In this document: piece after piece, positions 29,469-40,103 of the stretch
Numbering within the stretch: the stretch's first letter is position 1
How the letters are laid out: the number at the start of each line of letters is the position of its first letter
NCBI GenBank assembly: GCA_028694645.1
Contig: JAQVKM010000004.1
Span: 79,365 to 143,364 of the forward strand
DNA length: 64,000 nt
Source of the DNA: Bacilli bacterium
GTDB taxonomy: Bacteria; Bacillota_I; Bacilli_A; RF39; UBA660
Direction of reading: 5' to 3'
Notes under the pieces: generated by a model
Told to the model about the DNA's origin: nothing
What the model saw: the letters and a program-made list of their open reading frames with translations, nothing else
The model's database searches: none
Translations under genes and position numbers: made by a program

Positions 29469-30404
29469 ATGAAAAAGAACAAAATATTTAAAACGTTAGA
29501 TGAACAAATTGAAATATTAAAATCTAAAGGATTAATAATAGAAGATGTAATTGAAACAAAAGAAATTTTATTTAGAGAAAATTACTTTTTTATAAGTGGA
29601 TATAGACATTTATTTATGCAATCTTATAATGATACACATTTTATAAGAGGAACAACGTTTGATGAATTATATGCAACTTTTCTATTTGATCGAAATATAA
29701 GAAATATTATATTTAAATATTTATTAACAGTAGAAAATAATATTAAATCAATATTAAGTTATCAAATGTCAAAGCAATATGGATATAGAGAAAAAGAATA
29801 TTTAAATCCAAAAAATTTCACACAAGATAATATTAAAGTAAGGCAAGTATATGATGTTTTAAATAAAATGCGTAGACAAATAAGAGTAAATGGGCGTCAA
29901 CATACAGCAACTAGTCATTATTTAAATAATTATGGATATATTCCAATGTGGATTTTAGTTAAAGTTTTATCATTTGGTATAATCTCTGAGTTATATAATA
30001 TTTTAAAGGTAGAAGATCAAATGAATATATCAGAATATTATAATTTGGATTCAGAATCACTGGGCATATATTTATCTTTGCTATCTAATTTTAGAAACTT
30101 ATGTGCACATGAAGATATTTTATATGATCATAGAACACAAAGAGGAATTCCAGATACAAAATATCATTATAAATTAAATATAGAAATGACTGATGATGAA
30201 TATAATTATGGGAAAAATGATTTATATGCTGTTATAATAATTCTTAAACAAATGTTAACTGAAGAAGAGTTTAGAGGGCTAACTTTTGAAATTGGATATG
30301 AAATAGATGTTCTAGATGGTAGAGTTGATACAGTTAAATTAAATTTAATATTAAATAAAATAGGATTTCCAAGCAATTGGAGAGATATTGAAGATATTGA
30401 TTAA
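29469..30404 (+). CDS. Abi_2-family abortive-infection protein (AbiD/AbiF-like)
   Basis: N-term KTLDEQIEILKSKGLIIED, NYFFISGYRHLF and mid-protein YIPMWILVKVLSFG match the Abi-like family pattern. 311 aa. Confidence 0.65.
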   Translation: MKKNKIFKTLDEQIEILKSKGLIIEDVIETKEILFRENYFFISGYRHLFMQSYNDTHFIRGTTFDELYATFLFDRNIRNIIFKYLLTVENNIKSILSYQMSKQYGYREKEYLNPKNFTQDNIKVRQVYDVLNKMRRQIRVNGRQHTATSHYLNNYGYIPMWILVKVLSFGIISELYNILKVEDQMNISEYYNLDSESLGIYLSLLSNFRNLCAHEDILYDHRTQRGIPDTKYHYKLNIEMTDDEYNYGKNDLYAVIIILKQMLTEEEFRGLTFEIGYEIDVLDGRVDTVKLNLILNKIGFPSNWRDIEDID

Positions 30405-30429
30405 AAAGATTGCAAAGCAATCTTCTTTT
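30404..30429 (+). terminator. rho-independent terminator after abi gene
   Basis: AAAGATTGCaaaGCAATCTT stem followed by a T-run. Confidence 0.6.
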
Positions 30430-30517
30430 TGTCTAACTATGTAAAATTTGAAATACTTTTGTTTTTTTAAAACAAAAAAATGATATAATATAATTGTAAA
30501 ATAATGGAGGTAATGCT

Positions 30518-32743
30518 ATGAAAGAATGGAATGAATTTGCTTGTGGGAATTGGTGTCATAAAATAGATGTAAGAGATTTCATCAATAAAAATTATACTTT
30601 ATATTTGGGAGATGATTCTTTTTTAGAATCAATATCAAATAAAACAAAAAATGTTTGGAATAAATGTAGTGAGCTTTTAAAAGAGGAATTGAAACATCAA
30701 GTCTTAGATATTGATGTAAATCATATTTCAGGAATTAATTCTTTTGAACCTGGATATATAGATAAAAATAATGAAGTGATTGTCGGTTTACAAACGGATA
30801 AACCATTAAAAAGAATGATTAATCCATATGGTGGAATGAGAATGGTAGAAAGTTCTTTAAAAGCATATAATTATAAATTAAATCCAGAAATAGAAAAATA
30901 TTTTAATCAATTTAGAAAAACTCATAATGATGGAGTTTTTGATGTATATACACCACAGATTAAATTGGCTCGCAAAGTTGGTTTATTAACAGGGCTTCCA
31001 GATGCTTATGGTAGAGGAAGAATAATTGGTGACTATAGAAGAGTTGCTTTATATGGTATTGATTATTTGATAAAATCTAAAGAAGAAGATTATGATAATC
31101 TTACAGGACCTATGATAGAAGATACTATAAGATTAAGAGAAGAAGTAATGACTCAAATTAGAGCATTAAATGAAATGAAAGAAATGGCTTTAAAATATGG
31201 TTATGATATTTCTAAACCAGCGTCTAATGCAAAAGAAGCAGTACAATGGTTATATTTTGGTTATTTAGCTGCAGTTAAAGAAAATAATGGTGCTGCTATG
31301 AGTTTAGGAAGAGTTGATTCATTTTTAGATATTTATATTGAAAGAGACATTAAAAATAATGTATTAAATGAAAAAGAAGCACAAGAACTTATAGACCAAT
31401 TTATAATTAAACTTAGATTAGTTAGACATTTAAGAACTCCTGATTATGATGAATTGTTCTCAGGAGATCCTACTTGGGTAACTTGTTCTTTAGGTGGTAT
31501 TAATTTGGATAATAAACCACTAGTTACTAAAAGTTCGTATAGAATTTTACATACACTAACTAATCTAGAACCAGCTCCAGAACCAAATATGACTGTTTTA
31601 TGGAGTAAAAATTTACCAGAGAATTATAAAAATTATTGTGCTAAAATGTCTATTGAAACAGATGCAATTCAATATGAAAATGATGATGTTATGAGACCAA
31701 TATATGAAGATGATTACGCTATTGCTTGTTGTGTTTCAGCTATGAAACTCGGAAAACAAATGCAATTTTTTGGAGCTAGAACTAATTTAGCTAAAGCATT
31801 ATTGTATTCTATTAATGGTGGAATAGATGAAATTGAAAATATTAAAGTAATTGATAATTTTGAAATAATGACAGATGATGTTTTGGATTATGATAAAGTT
31901 AAAACTCAATATTTCAAAATGCTAGAAAAAGTAGCAGAAATATATGCAAATACAATGAATATTATTCATTATATGCATGATAAATATGCTTATGAGGCTG
32001 GGCAATTAGCACTTCATGATACTTATGTTGAAAGATTAGTAGCTTATGGAGTAGCTGGTATTTCTGTAGTTGCAGATTCATTATCAGCTATAAAATATGC
32101 TAAAGTAAAACCAATTAGGAATGAAAATGGAATAGCTGTTGATTTTGAGATAGAAGGAGATTTTCCTAAATTTGGAAATGATAATGATGAAGTAGATCTT
32201 ATAGCTAAAGAAGTTTTAGAAAAAATGAATTTAGAATTATCTAAGCATGAAACATATCGAAATGCAATACCAACATTATCTGTATTAACGATAACTTCAA
32301 ATGTTGTTTATGGCGCTAAAACAGGATCAACTCCAGATGGAAGAAAAAAAGGAATTCCTTTTGCTCCTGGAGCAAATCCAATGCATGGAAGAGATACTAG
32401 TGGAGCATTAGCGTCTTTAAATTCTGTAGCAAAATTTAATTATGCTAGCTGCTGTAGAGATGGAATATCAAATACCTTTTCAATTGTTCCATCAACATTA
32501 GGTCATGATAAAAAAACACAAATTGAAAATCTAGTTTCGGTTTTAGACGGATATTTTATTCAAAAGGCACATCATTTGAATGTTAATGTTTTAACAAAAG
32601 AAATACTTATTGATGCAATGAATAATCCTGAGGCATATCCACTACTTACAATAAGAGTGTCTGGATATGCTGTACGCTTTAACAGATTAACAAAAAAACA
32701 ACAAGAAGAAGTTATATCTAGAACTTTTCATGGAAAAATGTAA
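30518..32743 (+). CDS. pflB: formate C-acetyltransferase (pyruvate formate-lyase)
   Basis: 741 aa. Glycyl-radical motif RVSGYAV near the C-terminus. Active-site CC. Confidence 0.95.
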   Translation: MKEWNEFACGNWCHKIDVRDFINKNYTLYLGDDSFLESISNKTKNVWNKCSELLKEELKHQVLDIDVNHISGINSFEPGYIDKNNEVIVGLQTDKPLKRMINPYGGMRMVESSLKAYNYKLNPEIEKYFNQFRKTHNDGVFDVYTPQIKLARKVGLLTGLPDAYGRGRIIGDYRRVALYGIDYLIKSKEEDYDNLTGPMIEDTIRLREEVMTQIRALNEMKEMALKYGYDISKPASNAKEAVQWLYFGYLAAVKENNGAAMSLGRVDSFLDIYIERDIKNNVLNEKEAQELIDQFIIKLRLVRHLRTPDYDELFSGDPTWVTCSLGGINLDNKPLVTKSSYRILHTLTNLEPAPEPNMTVLWSKNLPENYKNYCAKMSIETDAIQYENDDVMRPIYEDDYAIACCVSAMKLGKQMQFFGARTNLAKALLYSINGGIDEIENIKVIDNFEIMTDDVLDYDKVKTQYFKMLEKVAEIYANTMNIIHYMHDKYAYEAGQLALHDTYVERLVAYGVAGISVVADSLSAIKYAKVKPIRNENGIAVDFEIEGDFPKFGNDNDEVDLIAKEVLEKMNLELSKHETYRNAIPTLSVLTITSNVVYGAKTGSTPDGRKKGIPFAPGANPMHGRDTSGALASLNSVAKFNYASCCRDGISNTFSIVPSTLGHDKKTQIENLVSVLDGYFIQKAHHLNVNVLTKEILIDAMNNPEAYPLLTIRVSGYAVRFNRLTKKQQEEVISRTFHGKM

Positions 32744-33453
32744 TGACAAAAGGTAGTGTAGATTCAATTGAATCATTTGGATTAATAGATGGCCCAGGAA
32801 TAAGAATGGTTGTTTTTCTTAATGGATGTAAATTAAGATGTAGATATTGTCATAATCCAGAAATGTGGTTAAAAAAAGAAGACAATTATTTGCCAGAGGA
32901 TATATTAAAAAAAGCTATTAAATTAAAACCATATTTTAAAAAAAATAATGGTGGAGTTACTTTTTCAGGAGGAGAACCACTACTTCAAAGTCAATTTCTT
33001 TTAGAAACATGTAAATTACTTAAAAAAGAACAAATTAATATTACATTAGATACAGCGGGTGTCGGTAATGACTATGATGAACTACTTGATTATATTGATT
33101 TAGTACTATTTGACATCAAAGCTGTAAAGCCAGATGAATATAAAAAAATAACTAATTATGATATACAAAAGTCACTTGAATTTCTAAATAAATGTCAAGA
33201 AAAAAACAAAAAGTTATGGATTAGACAGGTTATTGTACCAGGTATTAATGACAATGAAGAAAGTATATATGAATTAAATAAATTTATAAAAACAATTAAA
33301 AATGTTAAAAAGATAGAATTATTACCATATCATACAATGGCAATAAATAAATATGAAAAATTAAATATTGAATATCCGTTATCTGGTGTTCCAGATATGG
33401 ATATTGATAAATGTAAACAATTAGAAGAAATAATAACAAAAAAGATATCTTAA
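32743..33453 (+). CDS. pflA: pyruvate formate-lyase activating enzyme (radical SAM)
   Basis: GCKLRCRYCHN CxxxCxxC motif. Translationally coupled to pflB. Confidence 0.9.
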   Translation: MTKGSVDSIESFGLIDGPGIRMVVFLNGCKLRCRYCHNPEMWLKKEDNYLPEDILKKAIKLKPYFKKNNGGVTFSGGEPLLQSQFLLETCKLLKKEQINITLDTAGVGNDYDELLDYIDLVLFDIKAVKPDEYKKITNYDIQKSLEFLNKCQEKNKKLWIRQVIVPGINDNEESIYELNKFIKTIKNVKKIELLPYHTMAINKYEKLNIEYPLSGVPDMDIDKCKQLEEIITKKIS

Positions 33454-33468
33454 TAAAGATATCTTTTC

Positions 33469-34275
33469 TTATAAGAATATAATTACTAATAAACCAACAA
33501 CTAAACAATAATATGAAAAATAAATTAGTTTACCTTCATTAACTATTTTTCTAAACCATTTTGTAGCATAATAAGTCATTATTCCTGCTACTATAGTAGC
33601 AAGCAAACAATAAATCCACATAATAGTTGAAATATTTGAAGCAACGACGTCTTTTATTTCTAATAATGTTGCTGCAAAACTAATCGGTATATACATCATA
33701 AAAGAGAATTTGAATGCATCATCTCTTTTTAATTTAGTAAACATTCCTCCAACAATAGTAGATCCACTTCTACTAACTCCTGGAAGTAATCCTAATATTT
33801 GAAAAGCACCAACTTTTAATGCATCTTTTGGCATCATCGTGTTAGATGTTTTTTTGCCATCAAAATTTCTAACTAGATATAATAAAGTAGCTGTTATTAA
33901 TAAAGAAACACCAACTATTTTAACATTATCCTCTAAAAAATCTAAAACTCCAAATTTTTTTACAAGTACACCAGCTAGACCAGCAGGAATACAACCTATG
34001 ATAACTAATAAACAATATTTAAAATCATTTTTATATTGATTTTCTTTAGTTTTTATATATTTAAAAAAGCTATTCAATAAATTAATAATATCTTTTTTAA
34101 AGAAAAACATTATAGCAATCAAACTACCAAAATTCGTTATAATCGCTAAAGTGTCAAAATCTATATTAGCTTGTAAAAGAGTTTTAAATATTAATAAATG
34201 TCCACTAGACGAAATAGGTAAAGCTTCTGTTAACCCCTGAACAAATCCTAAAAATAAATATTTAATTAATTCCAT
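33469..34275 (-). CDS. uppP: undecaprenyl-diphosphate phosphatase
   Basis: N-term FVQGLTEALPISSSGHL. 8 TM helices. Confidence 0.9.
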   Translation of the reverse strand: MELIKYLFLGFVQGLTEALPISSSGHLLIFKTLLQANIDFDTLAIITNFGSLIAIMFFFKKDIINLLNSFFKYIKTKENQYKNDFKYCLLVIIGCIPAGLAGVLVKKFGVLDFLEDNVKIVGVSLLITATLLYLVRNFDGKKTSNTMMPKDALKVGAFQILGLLPGVSRSGSTIVGGMFTKLKRDDAFKFSFMMYIPISFAATLLEIKDVVASNISTIMWIYCLLATIVAGIMTYYATKWFRKIVNEGKLIYFSYYCLVVGLLVIIFL

Positions 34276-34354
34276 ATTATCACCATAATTAATTATATAC
34301 TATATTTTATAAATAATAAATATAAAAATTAAATAAAATTAAATAGGTGATAAT

Positions 34355-34576
34355 ATGTTACTTCGAATTTTCTTTTTTTTAATAGGTTTTGGACTAACAA
34401 TAATTGGCTTTATATATATAATAAGTTACTTAAATTTAATATCAATTGGGTATAATTTTTCTGAATATGTAAACTTTATTATTAAAAGGGTTGAATGTTA
34501 TTATTCGATAATTGGAATAATAATTATAATTTTAGATATCTTTATACCAGGAGGTAATTATGAACTACATTTATGA
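34355..34576 (+). CDS. small membrane protein, hypothetical
   Basis: 73 aa with two hydrophobic helices. AGGTGA RBS. Confidence 0.4.
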   Translation: MLLRIFFFLIGFGLTIIGFIYIISYLNLISIGYNFSEYVNFIIKRVECYYSIIGIIIIILDIFIPGGNYELHL

Positions 34577-35189
34577 TATTCTACTAAATTTTAATGATGA
34601 GCCTTATGACTTTTATGATTGGAACGAATTAGATGAAATATTACATATCAGAAGAATTCCATTATATAAAATAAACTCTATTGATTTTTTTAATATAAAA
34701 AATAATATAATACAGTTTGACTCTAACTTTTTAAATGAAATAAAAAATAAAACAGAAATTTTTATAAATAAAAATATAAAAAAAATAGAGTATAGCTTTT
34801 TAATAACTGATGAATTAGAAGTAATGGCTATTAATATAAAAAAAAATAATAATGAATATTCCAAATTATTAATTGATGAAGAGATAGATATAATTGATGT
34901 AAGTAAAAAAATGAAAGAAAAAACAATTGATTATAAAATTATTAAAGAAAAACAAAAATTACCTCTTAAAACAAGAAAAGAAATTGAAATAACTAATTAT
35001 GTGAATAAGCAATTGCAGAGTATTTTTAAAGAAAAAAATATTCAAAAATTAAAATATTTATATTATGAAATATTTAATGAAAAAATAACTGAAAATAGCT
35101 TAATTAAAATAAAAGATGAATTTATTTTTAATTTAAATGATGAAAAAAAACTTTATGATATATTAAAATTAATGCATAATCATAAATAA
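34560..35189 (+). CDS. hypothetical protein
   Basis: 209-aa ORF with GGAGG RBS. Confidence 0.5.
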   Translation: MNYIYDILLNFNDEPYDFYDWNELDEILHIRRIPLYKINSIDFFNIKNNIIQFDSNFLNEIKNKTEIFINKNIKKIEYSFLITDELEVMAINIKKNNNEYSKLLIDEEIDIIDVSKKMKEKTIDYKIIKEKQKLPLKTRKEIEITNYVNKQLQSIFKEKNIQKLKYLYYEIFNEKITENSLIKIKDEFIFNLNDEKKLYDILKLMHNHK

Positions 35190-35237
35190 TGTATAAATTA
35201 AAAAAAAATAATAACAATAATATGTAGGAGGCAATAT

Positions 35238-35783
35238 ATGAAAAAAATATTAGTAATATTATCTATAGCAGTATTAATTACAGGATGTGGAGTTAAAAAT
35301 ATAATGAATACACCAACTAAAAAAGTGGAAATGTTTTTTGAAAATTATCAAACATTAAATGATGATGTGATGTCACAATTAAATACAACTGTTGATAATG
35401 AAGAAAGATTTAATGAACAACAAAAAGAAGATTATAAAAGTTTAATGAAAAGACATTATCAAAATTTAACTTATGAAATAAAAGATGAAGTAATTGATGG
35501 TGACACAGCTACAGTAACAGTTGAAATAAATGTCTTTGATTATTCAAAAGCTATGAAAGAGTCAGATGTTTATTTACAAAACAATAAGAATGAATTCTTA
35601 GATGAAAATCAAAATTATGATGAAAAATTATTTATGACATATCAATTAAATAAATTAATAGAGGTAAAAGATAAAGTTAAATTTACTTTAGAGTTAACAT
35701 TATCAAAAATAAATGATGAATGGAAAATTGATGATATAAGTGATGAAAATCAACAAAAAATTAACGGTATATTTAATTATTAG
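35238..35783 (+). CDS. putative lipoprotein
   Basis: Signal peptide with lipobox LITGC. Confidence 0.6.
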   Translation: MKKILVILSIAVLITGCGVKNIMNTPTKKVEMFFENYQTLNDDVMSQLNTTVDNEERFNEQQKEDYKSLMKRHYQNLTYEIKDEVIDGDTATVTVEINVFDYSKAMKESDVYLQNNKNEFLDENQNYDEKLFMTYQLNKLIEVKDKVKFTLELTLSKINDEWKIDDISDENQQKINGIFNY

Positions 35784-35827
35784 GACTATAGATGTCCTTT
35801 TTTTCATATAAATTAATAGGTGAGAAA

Positions 35828-36910
35828 ATGAAAAAACTCGTTTTTTTAATTATATTTTTAATATTAGTAATACCAAGTAATATAAAAGCAATAACAACAG
35901 AAGCTTCATCAGTAATTTTAATGGATATAAATAGCAAAAGAATATTATATGCAAAAAATATTCATGATGTGCGTAGTGTTGCATCTATATCTAAAATTAT
36001 GACCGCAATATTAACAATAGAAAATGTAGATATAAAAAAAAAAGTGATTATAAAAGATGAAATAGATAAATCATATGGTTCAGGAATTTATATAAAAAAA
36101 GAAGAACAATTGACAATAAAAGATTTATTATATGGACTTATGTTAAGAAGTGGCAATGATGCTTCTTATTCATTAGCTGTAAATACATTTAAAACAGAAG
36201 TTGAATTTGTTAAACAAATGAATATATTAGGCAAAAAAATAGGAATGAAAAATACTACTTTTAATAACCCAAACGGATTAGATGAGATAAAGGGAAATTA
36301 TTCAACTGCATATGATATGGCTTTACTTGGTAGTTATGCTTATCAAAATAAAGTATATAGAAAAATAACATCAACCAAAAAATATAAATTAAAAACGAAT
36401 ATGAATACTTATATTTGGTATAATAAAAATAAATTATTAACATCATATAAATATACAACAGGAGGTAAAACAGGATATACTAAAGTAGCTAAAAGAACTT
36501 TATTAACAACAGCAAGTCAAAATAATTTAAATTTAATAGTAGTAACATTAAATGATGGTAATGATTTTAATGATCATAAAAATTTATTTGAATATGGATT
36601 TAAAAATTATCAAAATTATAATATTTTAAAAAAAGGAAAACTAACAATTCAAAATAATTATTATAAAGATTATGAATTATATATAAAAGATGATTTTAAT
36701 TATCCTTTGTTACAAGAAGAAAAAAATGCTATAAAAATAGAATATGAAATGAAAAAAGTTAGAAAAATAAAAAATAATATGATTGTTGGTAAAGCTAAAA
36801 TATATTTAAATGAAGAATTAATTCATGAAAAAACAATATATGTAAAAGTTATTAAAAAAGAAACTTTTTTTAATAAAATAATTGATTGGATAATGAAACA
36901 TGATAAATAA
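35828..36910 (+). CDS. dacB: D-alanyl-D-alanine carboxypeptidase (sporulation-type PBP5)
   Basis: SxxK (SISKIMT), SGN (LRSGNDAS) and KTG (GGKTGYT) motifs. Followed by spmA and spmB. Confidence 0.8.
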   Translation: MKKLVFLIIFLILVIPSNIKAITTEASSVILMDINSKRILYAKNIHDVRSVASISKIMTAILTIENVDIKKKVIIKDEIDKSYGSGIYIKKEEQLTIKDLLYGLMLRSGNDASYSLAVNTFKTEVEFVKQMNILGKKIGMKNTTFNNPNGLDEIKGNYSTAYDMALLGSYAYQNKVYRKITSTKKYKLKTNMNTYIWYNKNKLLTSYKYTTGGKTGYTKVAKRTLLTTASQNNLNLIVVTLNDGNDFNDHKNLFEYGFKNYQNYNILKKGKLTIQNNYYKDYELYIKDDFNYPLLQEEKNAIKIEYEMKKVRKIKNNMIVGKAKIYLNEELIHEKTIYVKVIKKETFFNKIIDWIMKHDK

Positions 36911-37481
36911 AATTTGGTTCTTTTTTATAATAGTCGGTTCTTTATTTTGTTTATTTACAAATAATATAGAGCTTTTAAATAAAGAGATACTAAATAGTGC
37001 TAAAAGCTCTTTGGAAATGATAACGAAAATATTTCCAGTAATTGCCTTGTGGCTAGGATTAATGAATATTGCAACAAAATCAGGTTTATTAAAAAAATTA
37101 TCGCATCTTCTTTCTCCTGTATTGTATAAATTATTTCCAGAAATTCCTAAAAATCATGAATCAATTGACTTTATAGCTACTAATGTTATTTCTAATATGT
37201 TTGGGCTTGGTAGTGCAGCAACTCCTTCAGGACTAAAAGCAATGAAATCATTACAAACATTAAATAAAAAAAAAGATACTGCCTCAAGAAGTATGATTAC
37301 TTTTTTAGTTTTAAATACAAGTGGTGTAACATTAATTTCAACGACAATAATATCACTTAGAATTATGCATAATAGTAAAAATCCAACAGAAATAGTTTTT
37401 GCATGTATTTTAGCAACTTTTTTATCGACTTTGTCTGGATTAATTATGGATAGATTATTATCTAGAAAGAACAAAATATGA
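36900..37481 (+). CDS. spmA: spore maturation protein A
   Basis: 193-aa nucleoside-transporter/Gate-domain membrane protein in the conserved dacB-spmA-spmB order. Confidence 0.75.
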   Translation: MINKIWFFFIIVGSLFCLFTNNIELLNKEILNSAKSSLEMITKIFPVIALWLGLMNIATKSGLLKKLSHLLSPVLYKLFPEIPKNHESIDFIATNVISNMFGLGSAATPSGLKAMKSLQTLNKKKDTASRSMITFLVLNTSGVTLISTTIISLRIMHNSKNPTEIVFACILATFLSTLSGLIMDRLLSRKNKI

Positions 37482-38002
37482 TAAATATGATTTCTAATTT
37501 GGCATTACCTATTATAGTAATAACTATTGTTACATATGGTGTATATAAAAAAATAGATGTTTATGATGTTTTTATTGAAGGAGCTAAAGAAAGTTTTGAT
37601 ATGATTTTTACTATGTTTCCCTGCTTATTGGGAATGATATTTGCAGTAAATATATTTATATCAAGTGGCATATTAAATTATGCCTATATATTTTTAGAAC
37701 CTCTACTTAATTTTTTAAAAATTCCAGCACAAATAATTCCAATGATTATTATGAGACCAATATCTGGAAGTTCTTCATTGGTTATTTTAAATAACATTTT
37801 TCAAAATTATGGACCAGATAGTTTAATTGGTAAAATGGCATCAGTTATACAAGGATCAACCGATACTACTTTTTATATTTTAACTTTATATTTTGGAAGT
37901 ATTAAAATAAAAAAAATAAGATATTCTTTAATAGCAGGTTTATTTGCTGATTTAATAGGAATAACCTCAGCAATTATAATTGTTAATTACTTATTTGGTT
38001 AA
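37478..38002 (+). CDS. spmB: spore maturation protein B
   Basis: 174-aa membrane protein. Overlaps the spmA stop (ATGA). Confidence 0.75.
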   Translation: MINMISNLALPIIVITIVTYGVYKKIDVYDVFIEGAKESFDMIFTMFPCLLGMIFAVNIFISSGILNYAYIFLEPLLNFLKIPAQIIPMIIMRPISGSSSLVILNNIFQNYGPDSLIGKMASVIQGSTDTTFYILTLYFGSIKIKKIRYSLIAGLFADLIGITSAIIIVNYLFG

Positions 38003-38053
38003 AACCATAGCTTTTAATTGATATTTTTGATACAATAACTAAAGGTGATTTTA

Positions 38054-38764
38054 ATGGAAAGATTACAAAAAGTTATAGCAGCTTCTGGATATACTTCTAG
38101 AAGAAAAGCAGAAGAATTAATTTTAGCTGGAAAAGTTAGAGTAAATGGAAAAACAATATATGAACTTGGCACAAAAGTAAATGAAAGTGATGATATATTC
38201 GTTGATGGTAAATTAATTAATAAACAAATTAAAGAATATTATTTATTAAATAAACCAAGAAATGTAATAACTTCAACAACAGATGATAAAAATCGAGAAA
38301 CAGTTGTTGATTTAATAAAAACAACAAAAAGAATATATCCGGTAGGAAGATTAGATTATGATACTACGGGAGCATTACTTTTAACTAATGATGGAGAGCT
38401 AACTAATATATTGACGCATCCATCTAATAATGTTGATAAAGTTTATATAGCTAAAATTAAAGGATTAATCGGTAAAGATCAATTAAAAACTTTGGAAAGA
38501 GGAGTATTAATTGATAATGTTAAAACTAGCAGATCTAAAGCAAGAATAATGAAATACGATAAAAAAACAGATTCTTCAATAGTAGAACTAATAATTCATG
38601 AAGGAAGAAATCATCAAGTTAAAAGAATGTTTGAAGCTATTGGATATGAAGTTTTAAAATTAAAAAGAGAAAGATATGCATTTTTAGACTTAACTGGTTT
38701 AAAATCAGGAGAATACCGAAAATTAAATCCAAAAGAAGTTAAAAAATTATATAGTTTGAAATAA
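38054..38764 (+). CDS. rluB: 23S rRNA pseudouridine synthase (RluB/RsuA family)
   Basis: S4 domain at the N-terminus. Catalytic GRLDYDTTGALLLTNDG. Confidence 0.8.
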   Translation: MERLQKVIAASGYTSRRKAEELILAGKVRVNGKTIYELGTKVNESDDIFVDGKLINKQIKEYYLLNKPRNVITSTTDDKNRETVVDLIKTTKRIYPVGRLDYDTTGALLLTNDGELTNILTHPSNNVDKVYIAKIKGLIGKDQLKTLERGVLIDNVKTSRSKARIMKYDKKTDSSIVELIIHEGRNHQVKRMFEAIGYEVLKLKRERYAFLDLTGLKSGEYRKLNPKEVKKLYSLK

Positions 38765-38792
38765 TAAACGTAATATATTGGAGGAAGAATAA

Positions 38793-39716
38793 ATGAAAAA
38801 AAAGGGATTTACTTTAATAGAGTTACTAGCTGTTATAGTTGTATTAGCACTAATAGCGCTGATATCTGTACCACTTATTTTAGGCATAATTGAAAAAGCA
38901 AAAAAAGGAGCATTGACTTCTACTGCTAATGGATTATTAGAAAGTGCAACATTATATTATGCTAAAAATTTAGCTCAAGTATCTGAAAATCAAGTATTTT
39001 TATTTGATGAAACACATGAAGGAGAAACATTAACTGGTTTAAAACTATCATATAAAGGTGATTTTAATGGAACTGGAACACTTAGAATATATAAAGATGG
39101 AAAATCAGCAATTTGTATTCAAGAGGGAAATTATTTTGCACTGAAAAACGTAGAAGATACAAAAGTTATAACAGGAACAGGTTTATGTTCATATGATGAA
39201 ACAACAAATTCTTATTTGTCTATTAATTTAGTAAGCCAAGAAATTGTAGATGAATTACAATCTAGAATTAATGAGTTAGAAGCAGGCAAAGAAGCTGTTA
39301 CAAATGCATTAATAAATAAAGGTGTATCAATTACATTAGATGATGATTTAAATACTATTGCAGATATATTGAATAATACAACAATAGGTAAAAGAATGAT
39401 TAGTTTGGGAGCAGGGACAAGTTTTGATTTGAAAACAAATTATGCAACATATGGACTATCAGCTACTGACTATCAAAGTTTAACAGCAGATAACTTTATA
39501 ATTTCTGTACAAACAATAAATGCAAGTGGTTATTGTACAGAATTGAGTTGGTCTGGAAGTAGTTCAGCATCAGCAAATGTAAATAAATCATACAATAACA
39601 CTACAGGAGTTTTAACAGTATCAAATATCTCAGCATCAGGTGGATATAGCGGTAGTAAATATGGCTCTGGTGGATATGGAACAACACTTGTAATTAATAC
39701 GTATATAGTTTATTAA
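38793..39716 (+). CDS. type IV prepilin-like protein (class III signal peptide)
   Basis: MKKKGFTLIELLAVIVVLALIA prepilin cleavage/methylation motif. 307 aa. Gly/Ser/Tyr-rich C-terminus. Confidence 0.6.
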   Translation: MKKKGFTLIELLAVIVVLALIALISVPLILGIIEKAKKGALTSTANGLLESATLYYAKNLAQVSENQVFLFDETHEGETLTGLKLSYKGDFNGTGTLRIYKDGKSAICIQEGNYFALKNVEDTKVITGTGLCSYDETTNSYLSINLVSQEIVDELQSRINELEAGKEAVTNALINKGVSITLDDDLNTIADILNNTTIGKRMISLGAGTSFDLKTNYATYGLSATDYQSLTADNFIISVQTINASGYCTELSWSGSSSASANVNKSYNNTTGVLTVSNISASGGYSGSKYGSGGYGTTLVINTYIVY

Positions 39717-39718
39717 AA

Positions 39719-39756
39719 AAAAGAAGATTTAGATAATTCATAAATCTTCTTTTTTA
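39719..39756. terminator. bidirectional terminator
   Basis: AAGAAGATTTA...TAAATCTTCTT stem followed by TTTT. Confidence 0.55.
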
Positions 39757-39783
39757 TGTGAACTATTTAAGGTTCACTTAATA

Positions 39784-40002
39784 TTAAATTTCTTTTTCTT
39801 CGATATAAATAGCTCCAACTGGACAACCTTCTAAAGCATCTGTTACAGCTTCTTTATTCTCATCATTTAATTTTTCAAATTCATCATTAGTTTCTAAAGC
39901 TTTTGCATATCCGTTATCATCAAATTCAAAAACTTCACTAGCAATAGCAGTGCATGCACCACAACCGATACAAATATCAGTATTAACAATTATCTTTTTC
40001 AT
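39784..40002 (-). CDS. ferredoxin (single-cluster, Cys-x2-Cys-x2-Cys...Cys-Pro)
   Basis: 72 aa. CIGCGAC...CPVGAI. Confidence 0.8.
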   Translation of the reverse strand: MKKIIVNTDICIGCGACTAIASEVFEFDDNGYAKALETNDEFEKLNDENKEAVTDALEGCPVGAIYIEEKEI

Positions 40003-40103
40003 ATATTGCCTCCTAATAATATTATAAAAAAACTTATCAATAAATGCAAGTAATTGTTTAAAAAAATAAAATAATATGATATTATTATAGTGAGGTGATA
40101 GGT

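Noticed and set aside
33839-34039. 66-aa plus-strand ORF
   Set aside because: It is antisense within uppP.
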